A stretch of DNA of 64,000 bases, taken from positions 218,178,001-218,242,000 of the forward strand of contig OZ024740.1 in assembly GCA_964016885.1 (NCBI GenBank), given 5' to 3'. The position numbers were made by a program, and so were the translations under genes. Below, piece by piece: positions 41,280 through 54,914 of the stretch. The notes below the pieces were generated by a model. That model did no database searches, was not told the origin of the DNA, and was given only the letters and a program-made list of their open reading frames with translations. The number at the start of each line of letters is the position of its first letter. Position 1 is the stretch's first letter. Source of the stretch: Eledone cirrhosa. Lineage: Eukaryota.

Positions 41280-43269
41280 TTCATTTATTTATTTATTGCT
41301 GTTTTGTTCGGTTCTTATATTCAGTGATGAAAGTCTTTCAGACTGAGAAACATTATGAATAAAACACTTCGTTTAATTTTATACTAATTTTTTGGCTTTC
41401 TAATCATTTAAAGTTGTGTTATATCAACGAAATGCTTTCAAAAACTTCCCCGAAACCCAAAAATATATATCATCCTTGATAGCTTTTGGCATCGATCTTA
41501 TATCTTTGATGTGAGTAGACATTCACCGTGAGTTATTCATATAATCCAAGTACAAGAACAGCGGTGCTAGCTCCTCCATATTCAGGAGATATGGTTCCCT
41601 TAGTGAACTCTGATGAAGATGAGAATTTACGTTTCATATCTCTTAATCAGGTCCCAGCAGATGAAAGTATGACTCCACTTCTGCATGTTATTTCTCCAGG
41701 CCATAGCAAACTCCAACTTTTTTTTAAGCCTTCTGAAGAATATACATGGTCAAAAGAGCTACATGGATGGCGTACCTGGTTCGAGATAAATGTGCTGGCT
41801 TCAGATACAAAATAACTATGAGAGCCGATGCCCTACCAAAATCATAGAAGACATCCTTCTTTATATTCTAGATGGCCATTTCTATATGCTGACTATCTAG
41901 CATAACCACATGGATTCCCTTGCAATTAACGTCTGGCTATTTTTACAGCATATGTTTATCCATAAAGAAACTGAATCATGCAAAAGACAATTTTGAGTTG
42001 ATTCTTCCTTTAAATATAACGCTAATCTATTTGACTCTTAAGTAGTGGTCGGATACAACGTCCTCGCGAGTACATTACTGGAATACTAACACCACAGAAG
42101 CAACAGTGATTATTCACTATATTTATCCACATTTCAATCATTTCTATATATAGGAAAATATAAAGGAGTCGATCGTCAGGTCGAACGAAGGACCTTCTGC
42201 TTCCATTGGTCTTTCTATTGCTGATACTGTCTCCTGGTCACAACTTCTTGAAGAAGCGCCATCACTTTTTCAGTATCTCTTTAACAATTCCGCCAATCTA
42301 CTGCCATGTGCTGGTATTTATTGACGGTGGATTGTCATTATCTATAGAGCGCCGGACAACATGCATAGCAACATAGAGTCATGGCCCTTTACGTGCCGGG
42401 TTCAAATCCCGCCGAGGTTAGCTTTGCCTTTCATCCTTACGGGGTCGATAAAATAAAGCACCGTTAATGCACTGGGGTCGATTTAATCGACTTACCCCTC
42501 TCCCCCAATGGCTGGCTTTGTGTCTATTGTAGAAATCATTATATTTATTGGCCCCGAAAAGGCAAAGTTTACCTGGACGGGATTTGAATTCAGAGCACAA
42601 AGATTCGGAACAAATACCAATACTGTCTGCCGGTGGCAACTCCTGGCATAAGTGTCGCCGTTTTCTCAGGGACTGGGGTCAAGATATGAACTCAGAACTT
42701 ACAGAGCCAAAATAAATACCGCAAAACGTCTCATCCAACTCTTTAACAGTTCCGCCAGCCCACCACCTTAGACTAGTACGTTATCTATCGACAATGAATT
42801 GATGAAAGCCAATATTGACCTTTATGGGATTTGAACTCAGAGCACAGAAAGCCGGAACAAATACCTGAGGCATTTAATCCGACGCTCTAACGACTCTTTC
42901 TCCTCCCCGCTGCCTATATACAACACTTCCCATAATACACACAAGTGAACTATTTGAATTGACCTATTCACTAATGTAGTAGAAATATATAGAACAGGGA
43001 CAAGAAATTTATTTTTAGCTCGGAAATTAAAGAAAGAAATTTACTATCGCACAAACGGTGAATCGTCGGATTAAAAAATGTGTATTGAATAGACGAAATA
43101 CAAAATGGAATTCCTTTCTTAAGTGTGGTCACCGATATATTGTACCTTTAACCATTTTGATCATCTTACGACAAATATGATTGGAGAAAAGCCAATGCTC
43201 TGCTCTCTCGATTTCTCCTTCCCTCCTTTTCCCCTGTCGCTCTCGCCTTTCTTTCCCTCTCTCGCTATA

Positions 43270-43382
<113 letters not shown>

Positions 43383-43516
43383 AATAGGAGTGTGTATAAC
43401 ACATTCATTATCAAGTGAATCAAAGCTCAATATGTTAATTATTTATGGAAAAATACAGAGCATAATATTTCAATTTAGGTGAATAGCCAAAGATTTATAT
43501 AGTTCAAATCACTTTA

Positions 43517-44700
43517 TTCATTTCTATGATCGTTTCGATTTATTGAAATGCAATTGTAAACATCAATAACAATTTGCGGATTAATTAATCAATTAATTCA
43601 ACAAACAGAGCAATCACATTTAAAAAATCTCCTTCGGAAATAAATTTTAGATTTGGGTAATAAATATCCCAATTACTAGTCAGGCGTGTAATAAGTAAAT
43701 TACAGACATAAAGCAAAGGGGAGTTTTAAAACTAAAACTAAATGTGAGAGATACATAAGCAAGCCATCGAGAGGCTTGCTTATGTATCTCTGTTTAGCAT
43801 TATGCAATGTGATTTAAGCAACAAAAAGGTCTGTGTAGAGAAAAAAGGTCTACATGCTGTAATCACTATTCATATCTCCAAATACAAGTATTATACACTT
43901 ACAGGATACTAACACGCCATAGCGCGTTCATTTGAATGTGTAACCTATTTTTTTCAGATACGACTTAACAGCGGTATTAGACTAGGCACCGTTTATAACG
44001 ATGCAACATTATAGGTGGTGTATGAAAAGATGTCCAAATCTTCAATATTTGGTGTTCAATGACAAACTAAGTCAATGCATGTTTACATACTGTTACTTAG
44101 ATGGTGAATATCAATATCAGTGTAAACTTACTTATGTATCTGAGTGTTAAAAAACCTTTGTAGATCTACATATAGTTAAATAAACTTAAATAGACTTAAT
44201 TCTAAAACTAGTGTCCTAGGACTCAATTATCAATCGTAATAGAAATATGCTGCATGTTAAGAATATGGATGGGTCGGAGTAACAATGTAAAGATCATAAA
44301 ATAATTTTTGATTTTATATTAATTGTAGGGGTCATGTTTATAATAGTTTTTAAAAAATAGTAATTCCTTTTCAGGCACGTTCAAACTATTTCCGATTTCC
44401 TATTCAATAAATTTAGATTAGATTTGCTTATTAAGAGGCATTTGGTTAAACACAAATTACATTTTAGGTTACCTGGCTCATAGACTTTTGCGGTTTTCCA
44501 AACAGTCCAAGAAAGGGAGTAAATAATCTTAGAATTTTTTTTAATTTCATACATACCTGGTGAGCTAGGCAAAACTAAAAAATGGGAGTAGTTGCGTGAT
44601 TTAAAATTATTTGAAGTTGCACCGATGTTAGCCTTAGTGCCATTAGGTGTAGAAACAGTTGCTTAAATCACGTTAAAACAGATGCTCAGAGTGGAGGCCA
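43517..44700 (-). mobile_element. decayed Penelope-like element 3' end (GIY-YIG endonuclease remnant, possible degenerate hammerhead at 43517-43644)
   Basis: NVI*ATVST..NIGATSNNFKSR..H and W..AKVY..KCNLCLTK..LLNRKSEI, typical of a PLE endonuclease C-terminus. Confidence 0.65.
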
Positions 44701-44729
44701 GCATTTGCTTACTATTGTGGTCACTCTCT

Positions 44730-45383
44730 TTAGCAACTCACGATCGCTTGCGATTGACATTAGTGTAAAGATACAATTCTTCGTCACAAGTGACAATAGA
44801 ACGATATCAGTTATTTATGCGATGGTAGGCGAACAAAGAAGTCACAGCTGATGACCAACATTCGCGATTACGATCAATCAAATTGTGGGGTACCCAATGG
44901 TCCAGCTGAACAGCTTCCGTATTACATGCAAATGATTGAAAATGGATGTACTTCGGAGAGTTGGCGTGATGTCTGGTGTGGGTCGGCTTCCACCAGTTCA
45001 CGCATTTGCTCGTCTTAGAAGTCGGAGGGATGTTCTGTGCGAGGTCGATCTTCAAGGCTGTAATCCCCAGAACAGAAGCGAGCGAACCAGTCTCTGGTTC
45101 TACGTTCAGACTTGGTGTGCCAAATGTATTGTTAATGCGACGACTCGATATTGCTACGCCTAGGCGAGGTTTGAAGTCATAAGATAAACAGCCACGAATA
45201 AACGATTTGGATAGATCCATGTTGCTTCCTCTTTGACGGAGTAACAGAAAAGGAGAAATGCACATAATGCATATCAATGTCAATTCTTATATATGTGCGC
45301 ATGTGCGACCTTCAACATTTCCAGCATCTCCGGCAAAATACCTCCTTTTGAAAAGCGGCGTGAACTTTCTGTCCAACCCAATA
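44730..45383 (-). mobile_element. mariner transposon 5' half, decayed
   Basis: TIR-like TATTGGGTTGGACAGAAAGTT; LDHWVPHNL motif and IVTCDE catalytic motif. Confidence 0.8.
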
Positions 45384-45727
45384 TAATTGTTTCTACTTTT
45401 GGCACAAGGCCAGCAATTACCCAGTGCGTTACTGGTACTTTATTTTATCGACCCCGTAAGGATGAAAGGCAAAGTTAACCTCGACGGGATTTGAACTCAG
45501 AATGGCAGGGGGGGGCGTAACTCTATGCGTCAAAGCATGGCATCAGACCCTCTACCGATACTGCCAACCAATATAATAATATAATAATTGTATTCAAACT
45601 TGACCAACGGACTTGAGTTGCTCTACACAGTGGATATTTTTCCTACCTATTACTACTATATATATACACATGGGAAGGGGGTGCATGTAAAAAAATGTAT
45701 GTATGTATGTATGTATGTATGCATGTA

Positions 45728-45808
45728 CGTTCTCTTTCTCTTAATTTCAAGTACATCTTTGACCGGCCACCTTCCTGGTGGCAAGATTGTAAAAGAAAAG
45801 AAAGTGTC
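45728..45808 (-). mobile_element. 3'UTR-only copy of R4/Dong family A between (TATG)n tracts
   Basis: Reverse complement of about 9014-9098. Confidence 0.85.
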
Positions 45809-46016
45809 ATGTATGTATGTATGTATAGTGGAGGCAATATGGCAAAAGGGTTAAGAAATTCGCTTCACAATCATTAAGTCCCACGTTCGACCCCACTGAC
45901 TATCATTTAACATAGTCCTATAGCCTCTAGTCCCCACATGCCATGTGAGTGAAATTGGGGAGAGAGAAACGGTAATTTCATGAGCAAGCTGTTCTGTTGA
46001 TCGAACAACTTACACG

Positions 46017-46091
<75 letters not shown>

Positions 46092-46785
46092 GTTTCTACT
46101 TTAGGCACAAGGCCAGCAATTACCCAGTGCATTACTGGTACTTTATTTTATCGACCCCGTAAGGATGAAAGGCAAAGTCAACCTCGGCGGGATTTGAACT
46201 CAGATCGTAAAGGGACGTAACTATGCTGGAAAGCATGGCGTCCGACCCTCTACCGATACTGCCAATCTACGAAGGTCTAGCAAATAGAGAAAAAGTTTTA
46301 AAATAAATTTTTAAAAAATTCGCTGTACTTACATGAAACTCCGCGGTTTCATGCTCCAGAATAAACGAAAAAACCAACGGATTTTCATTGAGAAGAGAGC
46401 AATCTTCAGAAGGCTCCTTCTCCCTCGGAGAATATAATAAAATTCCCGAGTTCAAATCACAAACTGACGCCATACAAAACCATTCTCAAATGAGAGCGGA
46501 TGATGAAAGAAATAATTCTGTCTGGTGCCGTGTGCAAAGACAAAAGGCAGGGTGGACAGGTCAATGTCCTGCCACTAGAAATAGCAGCAGTCCAAACGGC
46601 CAAAATTTTATCTCTACCTTAGGGGGATATCAATAATAATAAAGTATTAAATCCTACGTGTAAAAAATACATATAGGAAAACCATGTGTGTGTGTGTGTA
46701 AGGGAACTTCACTAGTCCGGCCTCCTGTTATTTTAATCAAACGTATATGTATATATGTGTGTCTGCGTGTGTGTGTAAGTGTATG

Positions 46786-46841
<56 letters not shown>

Positions 46842-47129
46842 AAGTGTCTCAATTATGTTAGAAATATCTGCAAATAGTACGGAGCCCATCAAAACATCAT
46901 AATTAGATTCTCGCTGCGCTAACGTATTTAGTAGTAAAAGTGAAAAATAAAAATAAATTTAATTGAAATAAAAAAAACTCATAATATAATAAAATTACAT
47001 ACATATGCACAGACACACACAGACAGACACAAACACACACACACACAGATACACAGACAGACACACACACACACAGATACACAGACACACACACACAGAC
47101 AGACACACACACAGACACACAGACAGACA

Positions 47130-47183
<54 letters not shown>

Positions 47184-47430
47184 CACACACACACGCATAT
47201 ATATATATATATATACAGCTGGTTTTTGAATTATTTTATGTGTTTCCTTATAAGCGTTTAACGTAGAGTAACAAATTTTTTTACAATAAAATAAATGTTT
47301 TTAATTCTGTTTTTGGTTACATTCGTTTATTGATTAAAATCTCATGCCCCAACACAACTTCATTCCATACCAAGTGAAGTAACTCCCTTTTTTTACCTCA
47401 ACTGAACCTTTGTTTGATTTAAGGCTACTG

Positions 47431-47520
<90 letters not shown>

Positions 47521-47521
<1 letters not shown>

Positions 47522-47864
47522 CGATATTAAACAAATGGAAGCTATATTTATAAAACCATATTTATTTCATTATACATAATTCAGGGATACCATATTAAAA
47601 ATATGGCATGCCTTCGTCAGATAAAATACAATATATAAACAGTTTTATAAATAATTTTGACGTACCCTATTATAAGCGACTATCCAGACAGCTTCCTAAT
47701 ATAATGGTCGCTTATAATAGGGTACGTCAAAATTATTTATAAAACTGTTTATATATTGTATTTTATCTGACGAAGGCATGCCATATTTTTAATATGGTAT
47801 CCCTGAGTTATGTATAATGAAATAAATATGGTTTTATAAATAAAGTTCCCATTTGTTTAATATC

Positions 47865-47866
<2 letters not shown>
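47521..47866. repeat. inverted repeat (160-bp arms, 26-bp spacer) of hammerhead family Q in (TA)n
   Basis: CTGACGA at 47767 (+) and its mirror; GAAA mutated to GAGT/GAAT. Confidence 0.85.
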
Positions 47867-47917
<51 letters not shown>

Positions 47918-48076
47918 TTAGAAACACACAGATACATGCGGACACACACATATATACATGAATGCATCCGCACCCAACTGTGAGTTAAGGGTGCCAACTT
48001 CACCGATGTTGCTCAATGAATGACCGGGACAGACCAATTCAGTTGAACTAGACTGAACCAGTATCAGAGTTAAAAA

Positions 48077-48723
48077 TACATTATGAAGAGAGAAGAAACA
48101 TTTAGATATAATTAGTAATAAAATGTATCATACCTAAACTGCTCCTAAATTCCTCGACTACGTAGTTTCGTGGCATAAACAAAAACAATATATCATAAAG
48201 ACATAGAGTCCCTGCGAGGTCTGCCGACTTATCAAGAGGATACCTCATTTTACTAGTCTCAAGAACGCGTCTACACGACGTGAGAAAGAATCCCAAAAGG
48301 CGGAGGGGGAGATAGTCACGCGATATAACGGTCGAGAAACAGAGCTAAGCCTCTTATAACCACGAAGAAAATACCACGGAGGCGGAGGGGGTATTCATAT
48401 CGAGGCCGCAGAAGAGGTGGTGAAGAAGGCTAGAAGTATGAGTAATGGAAGCTTTCCAGTTGTCCCCACACTTCATATATATCGCGTGACTATCTCCCCC
48501 TCCGCCTTTTGGGATTCTTTCTCACGTCGTGTAGACGCGTTCTTGAGACTAGTAAAATGAGGTATCCTCTTGATAAGTCGGCAGACCTCGCAGGGACTCT
48601 ATGTCTTTATGATATATTGTTTTTGTTTATGCCACGAAACTACGTAGTCGAGGAATTTAGGAGCAGTTTAGGTATGATACATTTTATTACTAATTATATC
48701 TAAATGTTTCTTCTCTCTTCATA

Positions 48724-48728
<5 letters not shown>
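48077..48728. repeat. inverted repeat (251-bp arms, 150-bp spacer), each arm with a U3-A8 variant hammerhead
   Basis: Identical mirrored ORFs 48102-48296(-) and 48509-48703(+). TCCTC-TTGATAA-G..C-GAA-ACTACGTAGT-C-GAGGA at 48565-48654. Confidence 0.88.
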
Positions 48729-48796
<68 letters not shown>

Positions 48797-48801
<5 letters not shown>

Positions 48802-48871
48802 TGTGTCGCTGAGTGGTTAAACAACCTCAAGATTGTTTGTGAATACAATTCTCTAACCACTCAGCGACACA

Positions 48872-48941
<70 letters not shown>

Positions 48942-49062
48942 TGTGTGTCGCTGAGTGGTTAGAGAATTGTATTCACAAACAATCTTGAGGTTGTGAGTTC
49001 GATTCGTGGACCGGGCGATGCGTTATGTCCCTTGGGCAAGACACTTTATTTCACGTTGTTCC
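48797..49062 (+). mobile_element. tRNA-derived SINE head with inverted duplication of its 5' end across a (TA)n
   Basis: GCTGAGTGG A box, GTTCGATTC B box; about 48827-48876 mirrors 48938-48993. Confidence 0.75.
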
Positions 49063-49159
49063 TTCTACCTGGAGTTGCGACCGATAGATAGTACTAGCAA
49101 CTGGAAAGACCGACGGAAACATTGTTTCCTCGGTCCGATTTGACGAAAGTCGACCGATC

Positions 49160-49224
<65 letters not shown>

Positions 49225-49231
<7 letters not shown>

Positions 49232-49461
49232 ATAAGAAACGGAGAATCAGTGGTGCGACGAATAAAATTTATTGGACAAATTACAAAATTTTGGAAACTC
49301 TGCTTCGTAGAATCGAGACGTATCTGAGGATCTTGCGATTTCAGAGTCAGGTTCGATCATTGCATCGATCGTGCCTCGAGCTGGTCACCAGAGAAACGAT
49401 TGTAATATGTCTAATAAATTATATTCGTCGCACCATTGATTCTCCGTTTCTTATGTGATAT
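49225..49461 (+). ncRNA. short element with ~60-bp imperfect terminal inverted repeats and a hammerhead at 49316-49412
   Basis: AGACGTAT-CTGAGGA-TCT..AGA-GAA-ACGATTGT-A-ATATGTCT. Confidence 0.75.
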
Positions 49462-49533
49462 TATACTCTTCTCTGTAAGAGCGCCAAGTGCTCAAACGGC
49501 ATACCCCTTACGGGCGCTTTAAACATCCCACAC

Positions 49534-49597
<64 letters not shown>

Positions 49598-49601
<4 letters not shown>

Positions 49602-49820
49602 AAGAGTCAGGAGTCCGACGGCTGAGCTCCGGCCGTTTCGACGGCCAGATTCGAACTGTTCGGATTCGAACTGTTCGGATCCGAACGAGTTCGGAACTGG
49701 CTGTCGAAACGGCCGGAGCTCAGCTGTCGGGGTCCTGACTCTTTCCTTATTACACACTCTACTACCCTAAGTATTGAGTGCTCTGGTGCGTTATGGTCCA
49801 CTTGGTATTTCACCACACCA
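49598..49820. mobile_element. fold-back copy of family H
   Basis: About 49600-49655 mirrors 49695-49748; ATTCGAACTGTTCGG repeats in the centre. Confidence 0.7.
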
Positions 49821-49832
49821 ATTTGTTTAGCA

Positions 49833-52800
49833 AGATTCTTTATCTGAAAACGTGTGTTGAAACCGATATTGTTATACTTTGGGAGGGTCATGTTGCCAAT
49901 AAGAAACACACGCACCAGTTGCTTTCACTTCAATTTATTATAATAAATTTATAAATTTAGGAATTTATAAATTTCCGGCTGGTTGGTTGGTTCCACAACC
50001 GGATGATTGTTCATATATTGAGGCACAAAAACAAAACAAAAACAAAAACAAAGAAAAGAATCCCCACACACGAGTGAAAGTATAAAGAAAAAAAAATGAA
50101 ATCGAAAATGCAATTGGAGTCTTATTTAAAAAAACTATATATATATATTTATTTGGTTCCTTTACCGGTTTCGCAGTTCTTCTGCTTTTCAAAAGTAGAG
50201 TTGAGATGGAGGGTCTGTGGTTTTTTTCACATCTGGTTGGTCTTTGAATGTTACTTGTTTTATATGGAAAAAAGTGGCTCGAAACGCCAGGTTTTTAGAG
50301 AAGTAATTTGATTGGTTGTTCAATAAGTATAATAAATTTAGCGCTAGTTCGCGTTACAATGTTCTTCAAACAGGAGGGGGGCTCAGGTTGTTTTTTTTCA
50401 TATATGAGTGTTTGAATTTCTTTTTGCTTTAATAGAAAATCTGAATTCTGACACCCCAGCGAACCAACCATATTCACTGAACCAGAACAATTCTCCCATC
50501 CCATTTCTCTTGCTTGTCATAAAATTCTCTAAAAGGCTACAAAATAAATTCCCAAATACGGGCACGAAATTTAATGAACTTGTTCACGTGACAGTCATAA
50601 TTTCATTTATAACCAATCACATTATATTTATTTAAAAAAAGCCTTCGTGAGCCACTTTTTTTAAAGTAAAAAGAAATTCAAACAAACTTACGCGAAAGCT
50701 GATATACTTATTCACGTGACTCTATCAACCAACCAAACTTCACTCATATATGAAAAAACAACCTGCTATATTCACTGAACCAGCACAATTCTCCCATCCC
50801 ATTTCTCTTGACCATTATCTTTTGTTTGTCATAATATTCTCTAAAAGGCTACAAAATAAATTCCCAAATACGGGTGCGAAATTTAATGAACTTGTTCACG
50901 TGACAGCCATAATTTCATTTATAACCAATCAAATTACATTTAATCATTCGTGAGCCCCTTTTTTGAGAAAAACCACAGACCCTCCATCTCAACTCTACTT
51001 TTGCAAAGCAGAAGAACTGCGAAATCGGTAAAGGAACCAAATAAATATATATATATATATTTATATTTAAATAAGACTCCAGTTGCATTTTCGATTTCAT
51101 CTTTTTTTCTTTATTTATATATATATATATATATATATTATACCCGTAAATTATCCAATCAATTATTTGCTTTGTTATCGTCTCACATGTATTTTACCAA
51201 CTAAGTGATCTCCAATCTGTTGTACAAACTGGCATCACAAGTGTAATACCACCTTCATGCACCAAATTGCACACTAGCAAGATGGCTACTAAGATAAAAG
51301 ACAGCCGTCTGTTCGTCATATGTAACTGCATTTACTGCTGATACTGCGATATATATATCGTTTCTGAATTTGTTTAGAAAGATTCTTTATTTGAAAACGT
51401 GTGTTGAAACCGATATTGTTATACTTTGGGAGGGTCATGTTGCCAATAAGAAACACACGCACCAGTTGCTTTCACTTCAATTTATTATAATAAATTTATA
51501 AATTTAGGAATTTATAAATTTCCGGCTGGTTGGTTGGTTCCACAACCGGATGATTGTTCATATATTGAGGCACAAAAACAAAACAAAAACAAAAACAAAG
51601 AAAAGAATCCCCACACACGAGTGAAAGTATAAAGAAAAAAAAATGAAATCGAAAATGCAATTGGAGTCTTATTTAAAAAAACTATATATATATATTTATT
51701 TGGTTCCTTTACCGGTTTCGCAGTTCTTCTGCTTTTCAAAAGTAGAGTTGAGATGGAGGGTCTGTGGTTTTTTTCACATCTGGTTGGTCTTTGAATGTTA
51801 CTTGTTTTATATGGAAAAAAGTGGCTCGAAACGCCAGGTTTTTAGAGAAGTAATTTGATTGGTTGTTCAATAAGTATAATAAATTTAGCGCTAGTTCGCG
51901 TTACAATGTTCTTCAAACAGGAGGGGGGCTCAGGTTGTTTTTTTTCATATATGAGTGTTTGAATTTCTTTTTGCTTTAATAGAAAATCTGAATTCTGACA
52001 CCCCAGCGAACCAACCATATTCACTGAACCAGAACAATTCTCCCATCCCATTTCTCTTGCTTGTCATAAAATTCTCTAAAAGGCTACAAAATAAATTCCC
52101 AAATACGGGCACGAAATTTAATGAACTTGTTCACGTGACAGTCATAATTTCATTTATAACCAATCACATTATATTTATTTAAAAAAAGCCTTCGTGAGCC
52201 ACTTTTTTTAAAGTAAAAAGAAATTCAAACAAACTTACGCGAAAGCTGATATACTTATTCACGTGACTCTATCAACCAACCAAACTTCACTCATATATGA
52301 AAAAACAACCTGCTATATTCACTGAACCAGCACAATTCTCCCATCCCATTTCTCTTGACCATTATCTTTTGTTTGTCATAATATTCTCTAAAAGGCTACA
52401 AAATAAATTCCCAAATACGGGTGCGAAATTTAATGAACTTGTTCACGTGACAGCCATAATTTCATTTATAACCAATCAAATTACATTTAATCATTCGTGA
52501 GCCCCTTTTTTGAGAAAAACCACAGACCCTCCATCTCAACTCTACTTTTGCAAAGCAGAAGAACTGCGAAATCGGTAAAGGAACCAAATAAATATATATA
52601 TATATATTTATATTTAAATAAGACTCCAGTTGCATTTTCGATTTCATCTTTTTTTCTTTATTTATATATATATATATATATATATTATACCCGTAAATTA
52701 TCCAATCAATTATTTGCTTTGTTATCGTCTCACATGTATTTTACCAACTAAGTGATCTCCAATCTGTTGTACAAACTGGCATCACAAGTGTAATACCACC

Positions 52801-52926
52801 TTCATGCACCAAATTGCACACTAGCAAGATGGCTACTAAGATAAAAGACAGCCGTCTGTTCGTCATATGTAACTGCATTTACTGCTGATACTGCGATATA
52901 TATATCGTTTCTGAATTTGTTTAGAA
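49833..52926. repeat. 1547-bp tandem duplication (2 near-identical units plus the start of a third)
   Basis: ORF track duplicated at +1547; each unit begins with a Penelope pseudo-LTR end and has internal inverted and direct repeats. Confidence 0.9.
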
Positions 52927-52959
52927 AGATTCTTTATTTGAAAACGTGTGTTGAAACCG

Positions 52960-54914
52960 ATATTGTTATACTTGGGGAGGGTCATGTTGCCAATAAGAAA
53001 CACACGCACCAGTTGCTTTCACTCCAATTTATTATAAATTAAATTATAAATTAAAAATTTTTTTTATAAATTTCCGGTTGGTTGGTTGGTTCCACAACCG
53101 GACGGTTGTTCATATATTGTCAAAGTTCTTTCGTCACACATTCTGTGACCTCTTCAGTCACTGGGGATTATTTTCTTTGTTTTGTGCCTCTCCTTTGTTC
53201 TGTGCTACACCATCTTGTTTTTGTGTGTGTTGTGTGCTTAGTTTGCGCATCTATTACATCCGGGTGTCTGTGTGTGTTTTTATTTGTTTATTTATTTGTT
53301 TATTTACATGTTACTGGTTGGTTGTTTGTTCTATGTGTATGTGTTTTCATTTTGTCCTTAATTGTGAGTTGTGATGTTGCTATTCCATTCATGTTTTCTA
53401 TTTAAGAAGAATTAGAAGACAGCAACCTCTTAACCCTTAACCCTGATAATGTACTCTCGCTACGTGATGATATAAACATCGTAGTTAAAACACCCCCACT
53501 AGAGAACAGTCAGGAATTAGAGAAAAACACCATGGAAAGCAACCAGCAAATAGCTAACTCCATCCACCAGAGTATTAGAGTTACTATAGACTACCCAAGC
53601 AAATACCCCAACCATCGATTACCTGTACTAGACACAGAGCTCTGGTTAGAAACCATTAATAACAAAAAACAAATCCTCCATTCCTATTATGCCAAACCCA
53701 TGACTTCCAAATATCTGATCCACCGAAACTCAGCTGTTTCGGACCATACCAAAATCAACATACTGATTGCGGATTTAGTACGGGTGATGAGAAACGTTTC
53801 TCACATGTGCAACCCCAAAGAACTAGAGAGAGACATACAACACTTCGTCCACCGTATGCAGTTCTCTGGTTACAATCAGAGAGATAAAATCAGAGTATAT
53901 AGAGGAGCCAGAACCAAATGGGAAAAAATGGTAAATAATGATACAAATGGGACCTGCCCCTTGTATAGGAGCAAATTTTGGAATAGAATAGAAAGAACTA
54001 GGAATAAGGTTAATAGAATAAACTCATGGTATGATAGCAATAAATACCAGAGTGTAATGTTCATCAATACAACCCCTAGAGGTGAATTAGCTTACAAATT
54101 TAGAAGGGCCTAGATAAACTTAAACTAAATATTAAGATAGTAGAAAGACCAGGTACCTCCATAAAAACACTTATTAGTAATACATACCCTTTTCAAAGAC
54201 CTCCCTGTATAGATAAGAAATGCATAATCTGTAAACTAAGCCCCCATATTAACTGTAAAACTAGAAACATAATATATAGCATAAGATGTAGTGAAAGACA
54301 ATGTAAAGAAAAAAGGTGAGACAGCTCGTAGTATAGGAGAACGATTAAATGAACACTGGCGAGAGCTTCAACATAGAAAAGAGTCATCAGTACTCCACCA
54401 ACATGCTAAAATAGAACAAAAGGGCAAATTAGGGAACATAGAAATAAAAATAAAATCTACACACAGAAAAGACGCAATGTTTAGACAAATTACAGAGGCA
54501 ATAAACATAAATGAACTCCAACCAAAATTAAATAGAAAACATGAATGGAACAGCAACATCACAACAGTAACATGTAAATAAACAAATAAATAAACAAATA
54601 AAAACACACACAGACACTCAGATGTAACACGTGCTCAAACTAAGCACACAACACACACAAAAACAAGATGGCGTAGGATAGAACAAAGGAGAGGCACAAA
54701 ACAAAGAAAAGAATCCCCAGTCACTGAAGAGATCACAGAATGTGTGACGAAAGAACTTTGACAATATATGAACAACCGTCCGGTTGTGGAATCAACCAAC
54801 CAACCGGAAATTTATAAAAAAAATTTAAATTTATAATTTAATTTATAATAAATTGGAGTGAAAGCAACTGGTGCGTGTGTTTCTTATTGGCAACATGACC
54901 CTCCCAAAGTGTAG

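Noticed and set aside
41528-41815. 95-aa ORF in non-repetitive sequence
   Set aside because: No ATG start and no motif I can recognise; may be a decayed transposon or an exon, and needs BLASTX.
48102-48703. Duplicated 64-aa gene on both strands
   Set aside because: By-product of the inverted repeat; no ATG start and no recognisable domain.
48940-49015. tRNA genes at A/B-box motifs
   Set aside because: They are SINE heads continuing into SINE bodies, with no intact cloverleaf.
53430-53444. Telomeric repeat TTAACCCTTAACCCT
   Set aside because: Only a 7-bp duplication inside the Penelope RT remnant.
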